Made by a program: the position numbers and the translations under genes. The notes under the pieces are model-generated. The model saw nothing but the letters and a program-made list of their open reading frames with translations, searched no databases and was not told the DNA's origin. Of a stretch of 64,000 nucleotides of DNA, positions 38,270 through 50,403 are shown piece after piece. Source of the DNA: Chlorokybus atmophyticus (Eukaryota > Plantae > Mesostigma and Chlorokybus algae); the NCBI GenBank assembly GCA_009103225.1, contig RHPI01001116.1, forward strand, positions 639,267-703,266. Direction: 5' to 3'. Position 1 is the stretch's first letter. Every line of letters starts with the position of its first letter.

Positions 38270-39360
38270 ATCGGTAGTATAGGAAGTAGCTAAGTTGGTA
38301 GGAGTAGATGAGCCCGGTGGTTAGTAGAGCATGCGTATGTATGTAAGGGGTATGGTACGGTGGCAGCATGCATGGTGTGGACAATGCGAATGGCATGTGG
38401 CTGGCTGCTGCGTGCATGTTGTGTGAGCGTGACACTATGTGCATATACTATGCATGCGCCACCCCGCATTGAGTGTGTACACGTGTTGTACAGGTACTTA
38501 CTGTGACTGCGTGGGTTGACTGGCATGCATGACTGACGGGTGGTGGCCGTAGTGGTGATAGATGTAGAGATAGTGTAGAGTGGCAAGTGATAAAGTAGCC
38601 CGGTGGTGTCCTATTGACCGAGTGATGCTGTGTGCTATGCGTGTGTAGTGCATGTCATGCACGTTGTGCGTGGGTGTGTAGCATGCGCTGCACGCAGTCA
38701 ATCCCTTCTCCGTTCTTTTGTACACTTATCTAACACATCTCTTGTTCTCACGTGCAGGCACTTGCGCATACGCACACGCAAGCACAGTTGCACACAGTTG
38801 CACTACCAAAAGCAAAGGCAATTGCAGAGTACATGGGGAGCAAAGGATTATGCCCGTGTCGTCCGAATGGAGTGCACATGGAGCCGCGACGCAGAGGGAG
38901 TAGCCATACCTGCCGTACATGCATGCATGCGTGCGTGTACTGACACAAACCCTAAGAACGGCAGTGAGCGACGCAGAAGTAGGTGGGCGGAGGTGCCACG
39001 CCGCGGGCCGCCAGGCTGGCGGAGGGGATGTGGGCGAAGGAGAAGGGGGAGTCTGTTGAGTCTGCTGTGGAAGGATGGGCCGGTATTTAACAGCCGTGCT
39101 ACAGGTGATTGAGTCAGCAGCTGCATGCATGCATGTCTAACAGCAGGGTGGGATGGTTGGTTAGTGAAAGGCCGTAGAGTGAGTAGAGTTGCCCGGTGGT
39201 TGCTATGGTCGGCTTGAGGTACGTATGTGGTGAGCTGCCATGCATGCTATTATTGGACATAATCAATGTACACAAAATGCGATGTGGGGTGGCGCATGCA
39301 TAGTACATGCACATAGCGTCACGCTCACACAGAGTAGGTAGCCCGGTGGTCGCGTATGTA
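38270..39360 (-). repeat. Cluster of minus-strand copies of the dispersed repeat family
   Basis: GCCCGGTGG core at ~38311, ~38598, ~39190 and ~39340, and AAGGGGGAGTC at ~39043 (reverse complement of the family's C-rich end). Confidence 0.6.
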
Positions 39361-39974
39361 GTAACGAGGTGAGTGTGTTCTGCAGAGTGTTGCATGCGTG
39401 GTGTGGTCTGAATGGGCATACCCCTCTCGAATTCTTTGTACAACATGCACGCAGCAGGCAGCCACATAGGCATGTTCTTTGTGTGTGCAAGGCATTCATT
39501 GCATGTCTAGACTAGTTTTGGAGATTCATGTACACTGCAACACCCTCCCCACCCGATTACTACACCACATCTAAGAGGCTTGCTAAGGAATCTAACTATG
39601 TGCAATGCAATGCAAGACGGGCAGGCAGGGGACTGACAGCGAGGCAAGGGACTGACGCAAGCAAGAAATTCTGTGTCCCACCTGCAGTGGCGGTGCATGC
39701 AAAGACAAGAGCCAAGTTCATCACAGAACAGCAGACAGTAGGTAGCCACCAACTGTAAAGAGCGAAGCCAGCGACAAGCCACTTACCGTTACAACCAAGC
39801 AGAAAACCATGCACGGGCTGGCCCTAACAGCTGAACGGTCAGTGTGAAGTGTACCTATGTACACCTGATTAAACACAATACTCTATCTCCTTTGACAGCT
39901 ATGGTGTATGCATATATGAACATGCGATGCAATGACATGCGTCGCAGGTGCCGGTGATTTGGGGGACACAACGC

Positions 39975-41936
39975 CTATCCAGTGGGGGCATTGCTTCTCC
40001 CACTCTTCGCAATTGGCCTGGGGTCCAGCAGCTCTTCAATCTTGTCAACCAGTTGGTTGTTGATATGTGCCGGCGTCGACTCTTCCTTAGTCTCCGCGTT
40101 CCATGCAATCCGCATCTGCAATAAGCGCTTCAAGTACAGCACCAAACCCGCACACACATGCATATGCTTGGCCGAACAGTCGAGTATCAATCAGATAGCT
40201 GCTCAGCTCAAAGTGAGTGGCATGCAATGTTGCTGTGCGTTGCTGTGCATTGCCTGAAGCGGAAGTTGCGTATCTTTGAATGCATGAGGTGCTATGCCAT
40301 ACCGGATACCGCCCAGAAGGGTTGAAGTTGTGCAACTCCAGTGCTCTTGCTGCAACATGGCGTGCCAACGCATCCCCCCACATTGCCCTCAACTTCTTCA
40401 GTTTTGGATGCTCCATGTTGACTTCATTTGTTGCCGTTCCGTCTCGTTCCACTACTTTCCAAGGTTGAACTTGTTCCGCCTCCAGCTGAGAGCACAGTGT
40501 GGCTGCCTTCTTGTCAACGTTAGTCACTTGCGTTTTGGCTGTCAAGGCAGCCTGCATCATCCATGTTGCTCAAGTGAGTGACGAGCAGCATCAATGATGG
40601 CCGGTCGCAAACCAACGGATTTCATACACCCTGTAGGCCGCCATTGGATCAATGACTTTCCTTCACAACCTCAAAGTCAAGTTCTCCAAGGTGCTTTAGG
40701 GCAACCCATCCCTTGTCCATGGCTTCCTTTACAGCCTCTCCAGTGCGTCTCGCCTCAGCCACCTGGTTGCAGTGTCCTCACAAGACTGGTGCTTTGTCTT
40801 TAACAGAAAATTATCATCAAAAGCCACAAATGCCAAGATACTCACCATGTCTTTGGACTTCTGTTCCATGACTATGAGTGGCTGGAGTATGTCCTGCGCA
40901 AACTCAGCGTCTGCCTTGTATTGTTCTACTTCTTCCTCTCTTTGCTTCTTGTCTTGTTCAGCAGCGGCCTGCATTGGCAAATTCAAGATCAGATCACGAA
41001 AGACAGCTTGCAAGTCAAGCAGCAGTAAAGAGTAGCTCCTGGACACATGGAGCAGCCATGTCACTAACCAGCTTTTGCTGGATGGTGTGGAAGTCGGTTT
41101 CCTGCTTGTCGTTCAACCTGTGGCAGTAAGAAACATGAAGAGCACCATTCCAACATGCAGCTTGCGCTTTGCATTACGACAACAACAAGCATCGCCTGAC
41201 ATAATGACAAACTGTCACTGCTTACATGCATAGCTCGCTCTGGTGACTGTCGGCAAGCGCTTTGTACTCGTTATCACGAATTGTTGCTGACCGCATGGCA
41301 TCATGCTCCTCATCTTGTTGCCTGAGCTGTTCTTCTTGCAACTGCAGGCGCAGCTTCAAGCATTCGTCGTCCAGGCGACGCCTCGCTTCGCGCTTCACAC
41401 ACAAGAGCTTGTTGAGCAGCAACAACAACAACAATAACTAGCGTCATGATTGCTTGAGAGACGAGCTGCATGCTTCTGCACAGACACACCACAAGAGTTT
41501 GTGTGCTGTCATTTTGCGGCTCACCGGGCAAACACTTACTGCTGCATTGCGTTTGTTAAAAAGGCCATGCATGCCTGCAGTGCCGACGCTGACGCACGCA
41601 CCACAATACACATGGATGACTCCCTTCATCTTACCGCATGCAGCTCGTCTTGCAGGACTTTGTGCGACTTTTCTTCAACTTCTTCCACTCTGTTGAACAT
41701 ACAGCACCAGAAGAGTCAGCACAGCAAATAGAGTTGTTTGTGGGCTGCCACGCACTTAGCCATCGACAGCTACTTAAGCAAGCATGTGCTAAGATAGGGG
41801 AGTAAGCAGCAAAGGAAAACAAACAGGAGAACAAACAAACAAAGCAAACGTCGCATCCATACTTGCGTTTCAGCTTCTGTTGGCGAACTTCCAAAGCTCC
41901 TGCTGTGCGCTGCAGCTGCTGCTGCAGCGCCTCCAT
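39975..41936 (-). CDS. XH-family paralogue C: coiled-coil + XH only, all 8 exons open in frame, one GA-AG intron
   Basis: Exons read MEALQQQLQRTAGALEVRQQKLKRK...KGWVALKHLGELDFEVVK|AALTAKTQ...KAATLCSQLEAE..QPWKVVERDG...HPKLKKLRAMWGDALARHVAARALELHNFNPSGRYP|MRIAWNAETKEESTPAHINNQL...APTG*. No stops found. The donor at 40660 is GA. It may be a young pseudogene. Confidence 0.6.
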
Positions 41937-42789
41937 GCCTCCGGCTTTTCGCGCTTGGTTTGTTGCGGCAATTGCAGGACAATTGCAGGACGGCTGGCAA
42001 TGCCTTGCTCGAGGAGGGTTCACTTGCCTTAGCACAATGCTTCGCCAACTTGGCACGGGGCTTGCTGACGGCCAACAGAAAGGTGACTCACCTTTGATGA
42101 TGTGGGCTGAGTGGAAGTTAGGCTGCTGTGCTGCCCACATCACTGCTGTCATGCCAACTTGCGCTTTGCGCCCACTACTGTCACATCATTGTGGAAATTC
42201 TTTAGCAGCTCACATCTATTTGACTACGCAAGAATTACGGCATTGTCAACTCGGCCTAGCTACATCTGCATGTAGCGCTTGAGGACATTGCTCGTGTACA
42301 GCCTACTGTATGATTGTTTGAGTAGGGTAGCGTTGGACACTACAACCGCCAGTTGGCACCCGTGTAATGTATTCATTCATCTAGACTAGAGGCCCCTTCA
42401 AACTCTGACTGTGTCAACGAGTACAGTGCGACTACTGGTCTCAGTGCTACACTGCGCAGGCACTTCAAGTGCGTGCCTTCACTACGGTACCGAAGCCTTT
42501 CCTCACACGAACTGTGATGAGGACTCATCCTGCGTTGCAGGCTGGCTGAAGCATGCTGCTGACGGAGCGAGCAGTCAAAGCAGGTACGGTGGACCCACCA
42601 GTAAGAGGAAGAGAGGGACACTTCAGCCTTGCAAACCCATGCACACGTGCTTGCTGGGCTCATTCGCCAACCAGCTCTGGCCATTTGTCCACCGTCAACA
42701 ACAACGCTACTGACACTGTTGTGCTTGTAAAGGCTTGCGAGAGAGGTATGCCAACTGTCAACCAACTCTGGTCGCAGACAGCAGCGGTG

Positions 42790-43055
42790 ACTCACCACTG
42801 GTGAGACAAGCGCAAGTTGGCGCGACAGCCAAACTACTGCTCCACGTCACCGCCCTGCTGTCAGCAAGCTCCCCGCCAGATTCGCACAGCGCTTTGTACT
42901 AACCAACACTAACATGCCAAGCCAACCTCCAGCACGCCGTCGCCTTTCAGCTACTGACTTTGCGCAAACAAGCGCAAATAGCTCGAGGCATGGAGGCGCT
43001 GCAGCACACAGCAGCAGCTGCTGAACTTTGCCAGCGAACGTTGCTGAACTGAACC
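42790..43055 (+). pseudogene. XH-family paralogue E (first-exon remnant only)
   Basis: GAGGCATGGAGGCGCTGCAGCA at 42985 and its upstream 200 bp match the reverse complement of paralogue A's upstream region. Confidence 0.65.
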
Positions 43056-44224
43056 GAAAACACCGAGGACACTGATGTTAAACTATGACAATTGTGTCAC
43101 TAAGGCATGGCATCGACAGTCCTACCGTCACTGAGTCCGACCCAGTGGCACCAATGCATGACACCGAATGCTAGGCTTGTGTTGCAACGAGACGATGAGC
43201 AAGTGTCTGATGAACCGCATAATGTGTAATCGTGTAGATGTGCGTGTGCGTTTGCGGGTGTACGTGAGCGCACATTCGCATACGTGAATGCGACTTTGCG
43301 CAGATGTGCGGGCGGGCTGATCTCCATCCATGCGCATATGCTTGCGTGCGTGCGCGCATGCGATTGTGACTGTGTGTTGCATGTGCACTGTCACTGTGCA
43401 TGTACGTACATGTGTACATGCGCGTGCACGCAGGGTAAGGGACCACCTACTGGAACTGATTGTGTTGAAAAGTCCAAACAACTGTTTACACATGCACATG
43501 CGCTGTGTACTGGGTGCTGTATCATACATGCTCAAAACGTGTTTGCATGCGCACTCAGTTAGTCGACATGCACATGCCCATACACAGCAGCAGTCAACCA
43601 CAGCCGTCATCATATTGCAGTCACCACCGCCAGGCTATATGGTCTATGTGTGGAGGTAATTACCGGAGGTGGTGGCAATTGTACAAACAATGCGCAACGG
43701 ATATGTACAAAAATGTAAAACGGAAATGCACATGCATAGTGGCATGCACAGTCAGTAGCATGCAGAGTGAGACAGCACATACCAACCACACTATTGTCGA
43801 GTTAACCACCGGGTCCATTCACTACCTCACACAGTACTCTACCCCTACTACCCCGTTAGCCATGCAAGCATGCACATGCATATGCGTTCACCTGCCCACA
43901 GGGCCGATGCAGTCTATGTACAAAAGGTATATGCTACCATGTGTACAGGATATATGACGTGCTGTTAGGCACACGCATGCAATGTATCACAACCACTCAA
44001 GCATTACATGCACACTAGTATACATGGGTGTACAGGATAAGTGAGTGAGATTGATTTATACATGCATGGCATTTACATGAGCACTCACCCCGAGTACATC
44101 ACAAATCTTTACTTACACATTTGTGTGTGTGTGTAACATATATGCAATGTTATGCATGTGACCCCATTGCATTGTGAACATGACATGCACACACACACGC
44201 ACACTTGCACACGCCAGCAAACAA

Positions 44225-44410
44225 CTTCTTACACCACCGGGCTACCTATACAAACTAGGTAGCTACTTTCGCTAAGCCCTTGCCCCGTTAGTCAACATGC
44301 ATGCGTAGTTACCTGTACACAAGTAGAGTCCCCACAGTTAGGCACCGGTGTGGCTGTAGTTGTGGCAGCAGCACAAAGCAGACGGACTCCCCCTCCCTCT
44401 GCTCTCTCGC
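44225..44410 (+). repeat. Dispersed repeat family copy (a partial copy also lies at ~43795-43870)
   Basis: CACCACCGGGCTAC...GCTAAGCCCTTGCCCCGTTAGTCA...GGACTCCCCCTCCC. Confidence 0.6.
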
Positions 44411-44454
44411 TTTGTGTGTGTGGTGGTGTGGGGGGGGTTAGCCAAAATAGTTTT

Positions 44455-44650
<196 letters not shown>

Positions 44651-44985
44651 GAACGCAGGCTAGCTTAAGTTCTACTAACGTTGCCTGATGGTTTAAGTGC
44701 CTGGTTGAAAACCCAGCACAAATTCTTGACACTTCTGTGCGAAGTTTGAGTGAGCAGAGCATAGCAAGCAACAAGCCACCACCACTGGCTCTACAACCAA
44801 GCAGCAACCATGCACGAGGGCTGGCCCAGCCTGGCCCTTGTTGGCTGAACAGTCAGTGTGAAGTGTCCGATTGCAGCTATGTACATCCTGATACATTACA
44901 GCAATCTACCCCTTCGACAGAAACAGTTTATCTACATGCATTGCCATCACATGCCTCACAGCTGGTAACCAGTAAGAGACAACGT

Positions 44986-47900
44986 CTATCCAGTTGGGGC
45001 CGGATTGAGTTTCCTTTTCTTTGCACTTGCCTTGGCCATCAGCGCTGTTATCTTGCCAACCAGCTGGTTGATGATATGTCCCGGCGTCGACTCGTCATTG
45101 GTCTCTGCGTCCCACGGAATCCACAACTGCGACAAGTGCTTTAGACCACCGCAACAAGAAGCCACACACACACACATATGCTTGCTCTAGCGGGCAAGTA
45201 TGCATCAAGTCGCTGTTCAAAGCAAACATATCTGTGCCTGCAGTGGAAGTTGCACTTGGTTTTATGAGGTTCCTTGCCATACCTCATACCGCCCAGAAGG
45301 GTTGAAGTTGTGCAACTCCAGTGCTCTTGCTGCAACATGGCGTGCCAATGCATCCCCCCACATTGCCCTCAACTTCTTCAGTATTGGATGCTCCATGTTG
45401 ACTTCATTTGTTGCCGTTCCGTCTCGTTCCACTACGTTCCAAGGGTTGAACTTGTGGTTTTGAACGAGTTCCGCCTCCAGCTGAGAGCACAGTGTGGCTG
45501 CCTCCGTGTCAAAGTCAACGCCCTGCTGCTTTTTGTCTTTCAAGGCAGCCTGCACCAACAATATCATGCTCGGAATGACAAAGGAACAGCGTTGATGGTG
45601 GCTGATGAGCAAGCACTGAAACGCACGCCATCCTACAACCACAAGTAAAGGATCTGTTGCTTGCCTGTATGATCTTGGTGTCAAGCAACCCAAGCCGCCT
45701 TACCGCAACCCATCTCATACTGATGGCTTTCTTTATACCCTCTCCAGTGCGTCTTGCCTCAGCCACCTGGTTGCATTGTCATTAAAAGAGCGCTGCTGCG
45801 CTGCTCTACTGCTAACAACCAATTGCTGCAAGGCCACAAACATAACCAAGCTGTGGCTCACCATGTCCTTGAATTTCTGTTCCTGGACCATAAGCGGCTG
45901 CAGCAACTCCTGCGCAAGCTCAGCTTGAAACTTGTAATCTTCTACTTCTTTTTCTCGTGTTCTTTTGTCTTGTTCAGCAGCAGCCTGCATTGCCATTTGT
46001 TGAGCGCGGAAGTACAGCTTCATAGACAGGCAGCCCTGAGGTGGTAAAGGACACATGGGGCAGCCAATCCGCGTACCAGCTTTTGCTGAATGACGCTGAA
46101 CTCAGTTTCTTGTTTATCGTTCAACCTGCGGCAGGGTCATGCAGTGCAGCATCTGAAGATACGTAATACCATGTGATGTATGCCAAAAGACACTGCGCCC
46201 ACATGCATATTGACATAGTAGTAGTCCACAATTTTGCGACAAGGAAACAACTTACCTGCGCAGGTCTTCTTGATATTTGCGGGTGAGTTCTTCGTACTGC
46301 TTGTCGTTGCATTGCTGTGCCTGGCCTATGGTGTCCTGGAGCTGCTTCTCATCGTTTAACCTCTGCTGTTTCTGCTCCAGCTCTTTGTGAAGCCTCGCGC
46401 ATTCCTCGCTCAAGCGCCTCCTGGCGTCCAAATCTCCATGCTGCAAGCCAAAGCAAGACCTCAGCAACTGTGGACACTGTCGACACTCTGCCTCATTACA
46501 CATTTTGCTACTGCATAGCACTACTCTGCACTTCGTGAGCATTTCATCATTGACTGGATATGCAAACATGCATTGGCACTCCTTCTGCAATGTCACTTGG
46601 ACAGGTGGAAAAAGCGCAAAGGCTGTAAGTATACTGCTGCAATAATGGTCGCCACGTTGTACACGGCACTGCCAGGTTAGGTGACGCTTCTTGCTGCAGA
46701 TTAACGAACGGACAAGCGGCGTACCGCATGAAATTCTCGCTCTTTGGCCTGCTTCCAGCTTGTCGTCAGGTCTGCTACATTTCCCTCCAAAGCGTTAATC
46801 CTGCCACAGTATGCAAGTCGCTGATTGGTACCCATCAACATTCATGAAGCTCACAAGCAGACAGTGCATGTTGCAAGATGGAGGGATAGACTGCCTGCAG
46901 CCATGTAAGCAATGCCACCGCATCCTTGCAAATCTTAGTGACACAGACAAACATCAGCGCAACACAGACAGCATGACACTTACATGTCCTGCATCTGCAA
47001 CTGACGCATCTTGGCTGCCTGTGCTCTGCGATGCAACTGCTGCTGCATCTCCTCGTGCATCTTGCGAAGATTTTCCTCATGCTTGTTCTCCTGCTGGGCC
47101 AAGCGTTCAACAAGGTCGCGCTTTCTGCACAAACATGGTATGAAACAGTCCAACACCTAGACAAGACAAGCAAAACACCATTCGTGCATACTAGTTTTTG
47201 GGCTCACACAAAGCACACGCAGCGAACACAATGTATTACTCAATCAATGATTTGAAGCTGCTTACTCTCGCTGGTTTCGTGCCATCTCTTGTTCCATCTG
47301 TTCCCTTTCGTCCAGCCATTGCCGCTCTCGCTCCACGTGCTGGGCTTGCTGCCGCTTACCCGCAAGCTCCACCTCGTCTGTGCGCCTTGCTTTCTCTGCC
47401 AGCTGGATGCGCCCCTCCCGTACGAGCAAACTGCAACGTTGCAAAGATTCTAGCTCAGCGGGTGCAGCGAAGGAGGAAGAGCAAGCATTGACTTACTTGA
47501 AGTCGCCAACCTCCCACTTCACAAACTTCTTCAGTGGGTCGAGCTCTTGCATGTCGGATGGCCTGGCCAAGTACCCATAGAGCTGCAACCATATATTGCA
47601 CAATCAACAGTCAGACTGACCATGTGCCACCAGCTGGCAGCAGCACCAGAATTTGCATTCACCAGCTGACAGTGACTCAGCGCGTGTGATGCGGTTGCAT
47701 GCCAAGAGCAACGGGACAAGGGGAGATCCATACAAGTTATAGTTACCTCCGTTCCCAGATCTGGTGTCCTGCGCCGCTCATTGAAGTTCTGTCGACCGTG
47801 TTTGGTAGATTGAAATGCCTCTTCCGCCCGCTTGGCTTCATCATACCTGTTGCCAAGCCAGATGACACTTACATGATGCATGTTGCCCAGTGCATGTGTG

Positions 47901-49038
47901 GCCAGTATTCGTTGCCCGTAGCAAGAGTACTGACCCAAATGCAGTTTTTTCAAAGTCAACAAATGCGAAGCCGAGGAAGCCTGTCCGGCCATAAGCTAGC
48001 TTCCTGTGAGCCACCTGGAACTTGGCAAAAGCAGCACCAAGCTGCTGGTTCCCTGTCGCAGTCCCGTAGGAGCCATCCTCGTGTTCTATTCTTGGCAGGT
48101 TTTGCACTATGAGTGTGGGAGGCCACACAATACCTGCACCTTCAACCTGCCATGCAATGAAAGTTTAACGACATCTCGCAGGCAAACATCACGACAAGCA
48201 AGCAAAGGTCAAAACTCTGTGTTGCAAACTTGCAATCGCTAGTCACTCTAACCTTTGGAAGGGCTGTTCGTTCTGAGCGAGTTGATGCGGGTGGCGGGAG
48301 TGCGAACGACTTTGGTGTTGGAGTGGGTTTTGGCGCTGCAGACCCCAGGTATCCATGCCCACAAGCCTTGCGCACTGAAGTCACTACAAGTAACAACACG
48401 CCATGTATCAACTGCGTTGAGACATGACAGTCAATCTGGTCGTCCTTACCATCATTTGCGCAGCCCAGTATGTTCTTGGCAATGTGTAATGCCAGGCCCA
48501 CGTGCGCGACTCTGCTGCTGTATGTTTCTTTCGTTGATCTCGACATGCCATCCGCATGCTGCCAAATGGCATTGTAACTGCTCGTGTCCTCGCCATCTAT
48601 ATAGGAACTGCGTGTCTGAGGGCATATGGGACAGAAGTACCCTCCTTTTGGCATCGGACCTGCTGTTAAGCCATACTTGTTGCTGTGGAAGTCCTCGGAG
48701 ATGGCCTGCGCTCTGTCATCCAACTGCACAATTAAGGAAAAGCTGTTTTGGACATTATGAAGAAGGGAAGAAGGTTGAGAGAGGTTGACAGAATCTTGAT
48801 GTAGACCTCATCATCGCTGCTGTCGGTGTAGTTTAAGTCTTCCAGGCTAATCCGTTGCGCAGCAGCGGTTCGTGTAACCAAGCGCACATCTTGCTGCCTT
48901 TCAGTAGATTCTGCATCTTCTTGCATGGGTGTCGCAGGTCGCATTGTGCTCCATGTCGAAGGCTGCAAATACGCTACGCCAGATCCACCATCTGAAGGGG
49001 GCTGTCTGCTCCCCCATCCTTGCTGCTGCCAGCTACTC
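44986..49038 (-). CDS. IDN2/FDM-like protein (zf-XS, XS, coiled coil, XH), intact, 15 coding exons
   Basis: Hand-spliced with no stop. zf-XS: YFCPICP...YNAIWQHADGMSRS...AHVGLALHIAKNIL. XS: IVWPPTLIVQNLP...GRTGFLGFAFVDFEKTAFGYDEAKRAEEAF...LYGYLARPSD. Coiled coil. XH: WVAVRRLGLLD...AATLCSQLE...FNPWNVV...LKKLRAMWGD...ELHNFNPSGRYE..IPWDAE. Upstream exons cannot be excluded. Confidence 0.88.
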
Positions 49039-50403
49039 ATCCTGCATGCAGACAGAAAGTGTGATGCAACGCTGCAACAAGCACGCTTGTTCCACTGCGC
49101 GACCACCAAGAACAATACTCATGGTCTTGCGAAAGCATCCGACCCACCTGGTAAGGTGGTGTCAATCAGGGATCTTCAACTGTCTTCAGACAACAGCAAA
49201 GAGAAGCTGCTGCTGTGCATGCGGCTCTGCACATGCTTCTTCTGCCTACATGCACTTCTCTCTTCCGAGTGCTTCCAGCATCCTTCAGCAAGGTGAGCGC
49301 TGCATGGCAGGTGCCTGCATGCACTGTACTACTTCAGCACAGCGGTACGGCCTTGTGCAAGTGACTCCAAAAGGCAACTAGGCAAAACAGAATGGAGACC
49401 ACAACGAACAACTAGTGCTTTAGCTGATTGTTGCGAGCAAGCTGGTGATCAGTGTCAATCACTGACTTGCTGTGCTGAGCATGCGTTTGCCTTTGAAGAT
49501 AAGTGCTTAGAAGGGCTGTGGGTTGCCTTGCCCTCCATGCATGCATTGCTCCCCTTACCAATCGTTGACATGTTTTTAACTTAAGATCGCAATGCACTGC
49601 CAAAGCTGAGTATGACTGCCTGAACAAGCAGAAAAACCTCTGGCATTGTTCGACAAACAACCTCACAGTACTAACAGCCAAGAGTTTCCAAAGCGCATGG
49701 CGCTGACGTAAACTTGCACAATGCAAGCTTCTTTCTAGAACGTTTGCTCCTTTACTGTTGCGAAACTGGTTTTAACATTGCTTACAACTGCAGGCAGCTG
49801 CGCTTGCAGAGCTCCCTTACCGCTGCTGCTCGAAAAAGACTCAAGCCCAGCCAACAGAGGCAGAAGCCACCGGTGTGCTTCACTTGCGCTCCAAAGCCAG
49901 CAGCAAGGCAACTATGTCACCTCAATGTCGCCCCTTGATGCCGCCTAAGCAACTACCACAGATTCGCCTCCGCCTCCGCCTCCGCCTCCGCCTCCACCTC
50001 CGCCGCCACCACCGCTGACCAAATGCACAAAGCACACAGCATGATCAACGCTGAAAACTTGCGTACAATGCATGCGGCGGTGGCGGCGGCGGCGGCGGCG
50101 GAGGCAGCTTAGCTGTAAGCGTATGTTGAAGAAAGACAGGCCATCACCAACCTGGGACAGCTGAGCCTGCAGTGCTTGTGCTATTTGCTCTGGCGACGTG
50201 ACGGCGAGGTTTCTGTTCAACTTTGCTTCGCCGCCGCTTGATGGTCAGTGGCAGGTGAAACGTGCTGTGTGTGTTTTGTGGCCTCTTGGCTGTGTGGAAG
50301 AGTGCTATACTGGTGCAGTGATATTGGCCATTTAAGCTGCAAGCAGTGCAAGTAGAGGGTTGGGGCGTCACCCGCCGGCGTTATTCTAGACTAGTTGTTG
50401 GTG

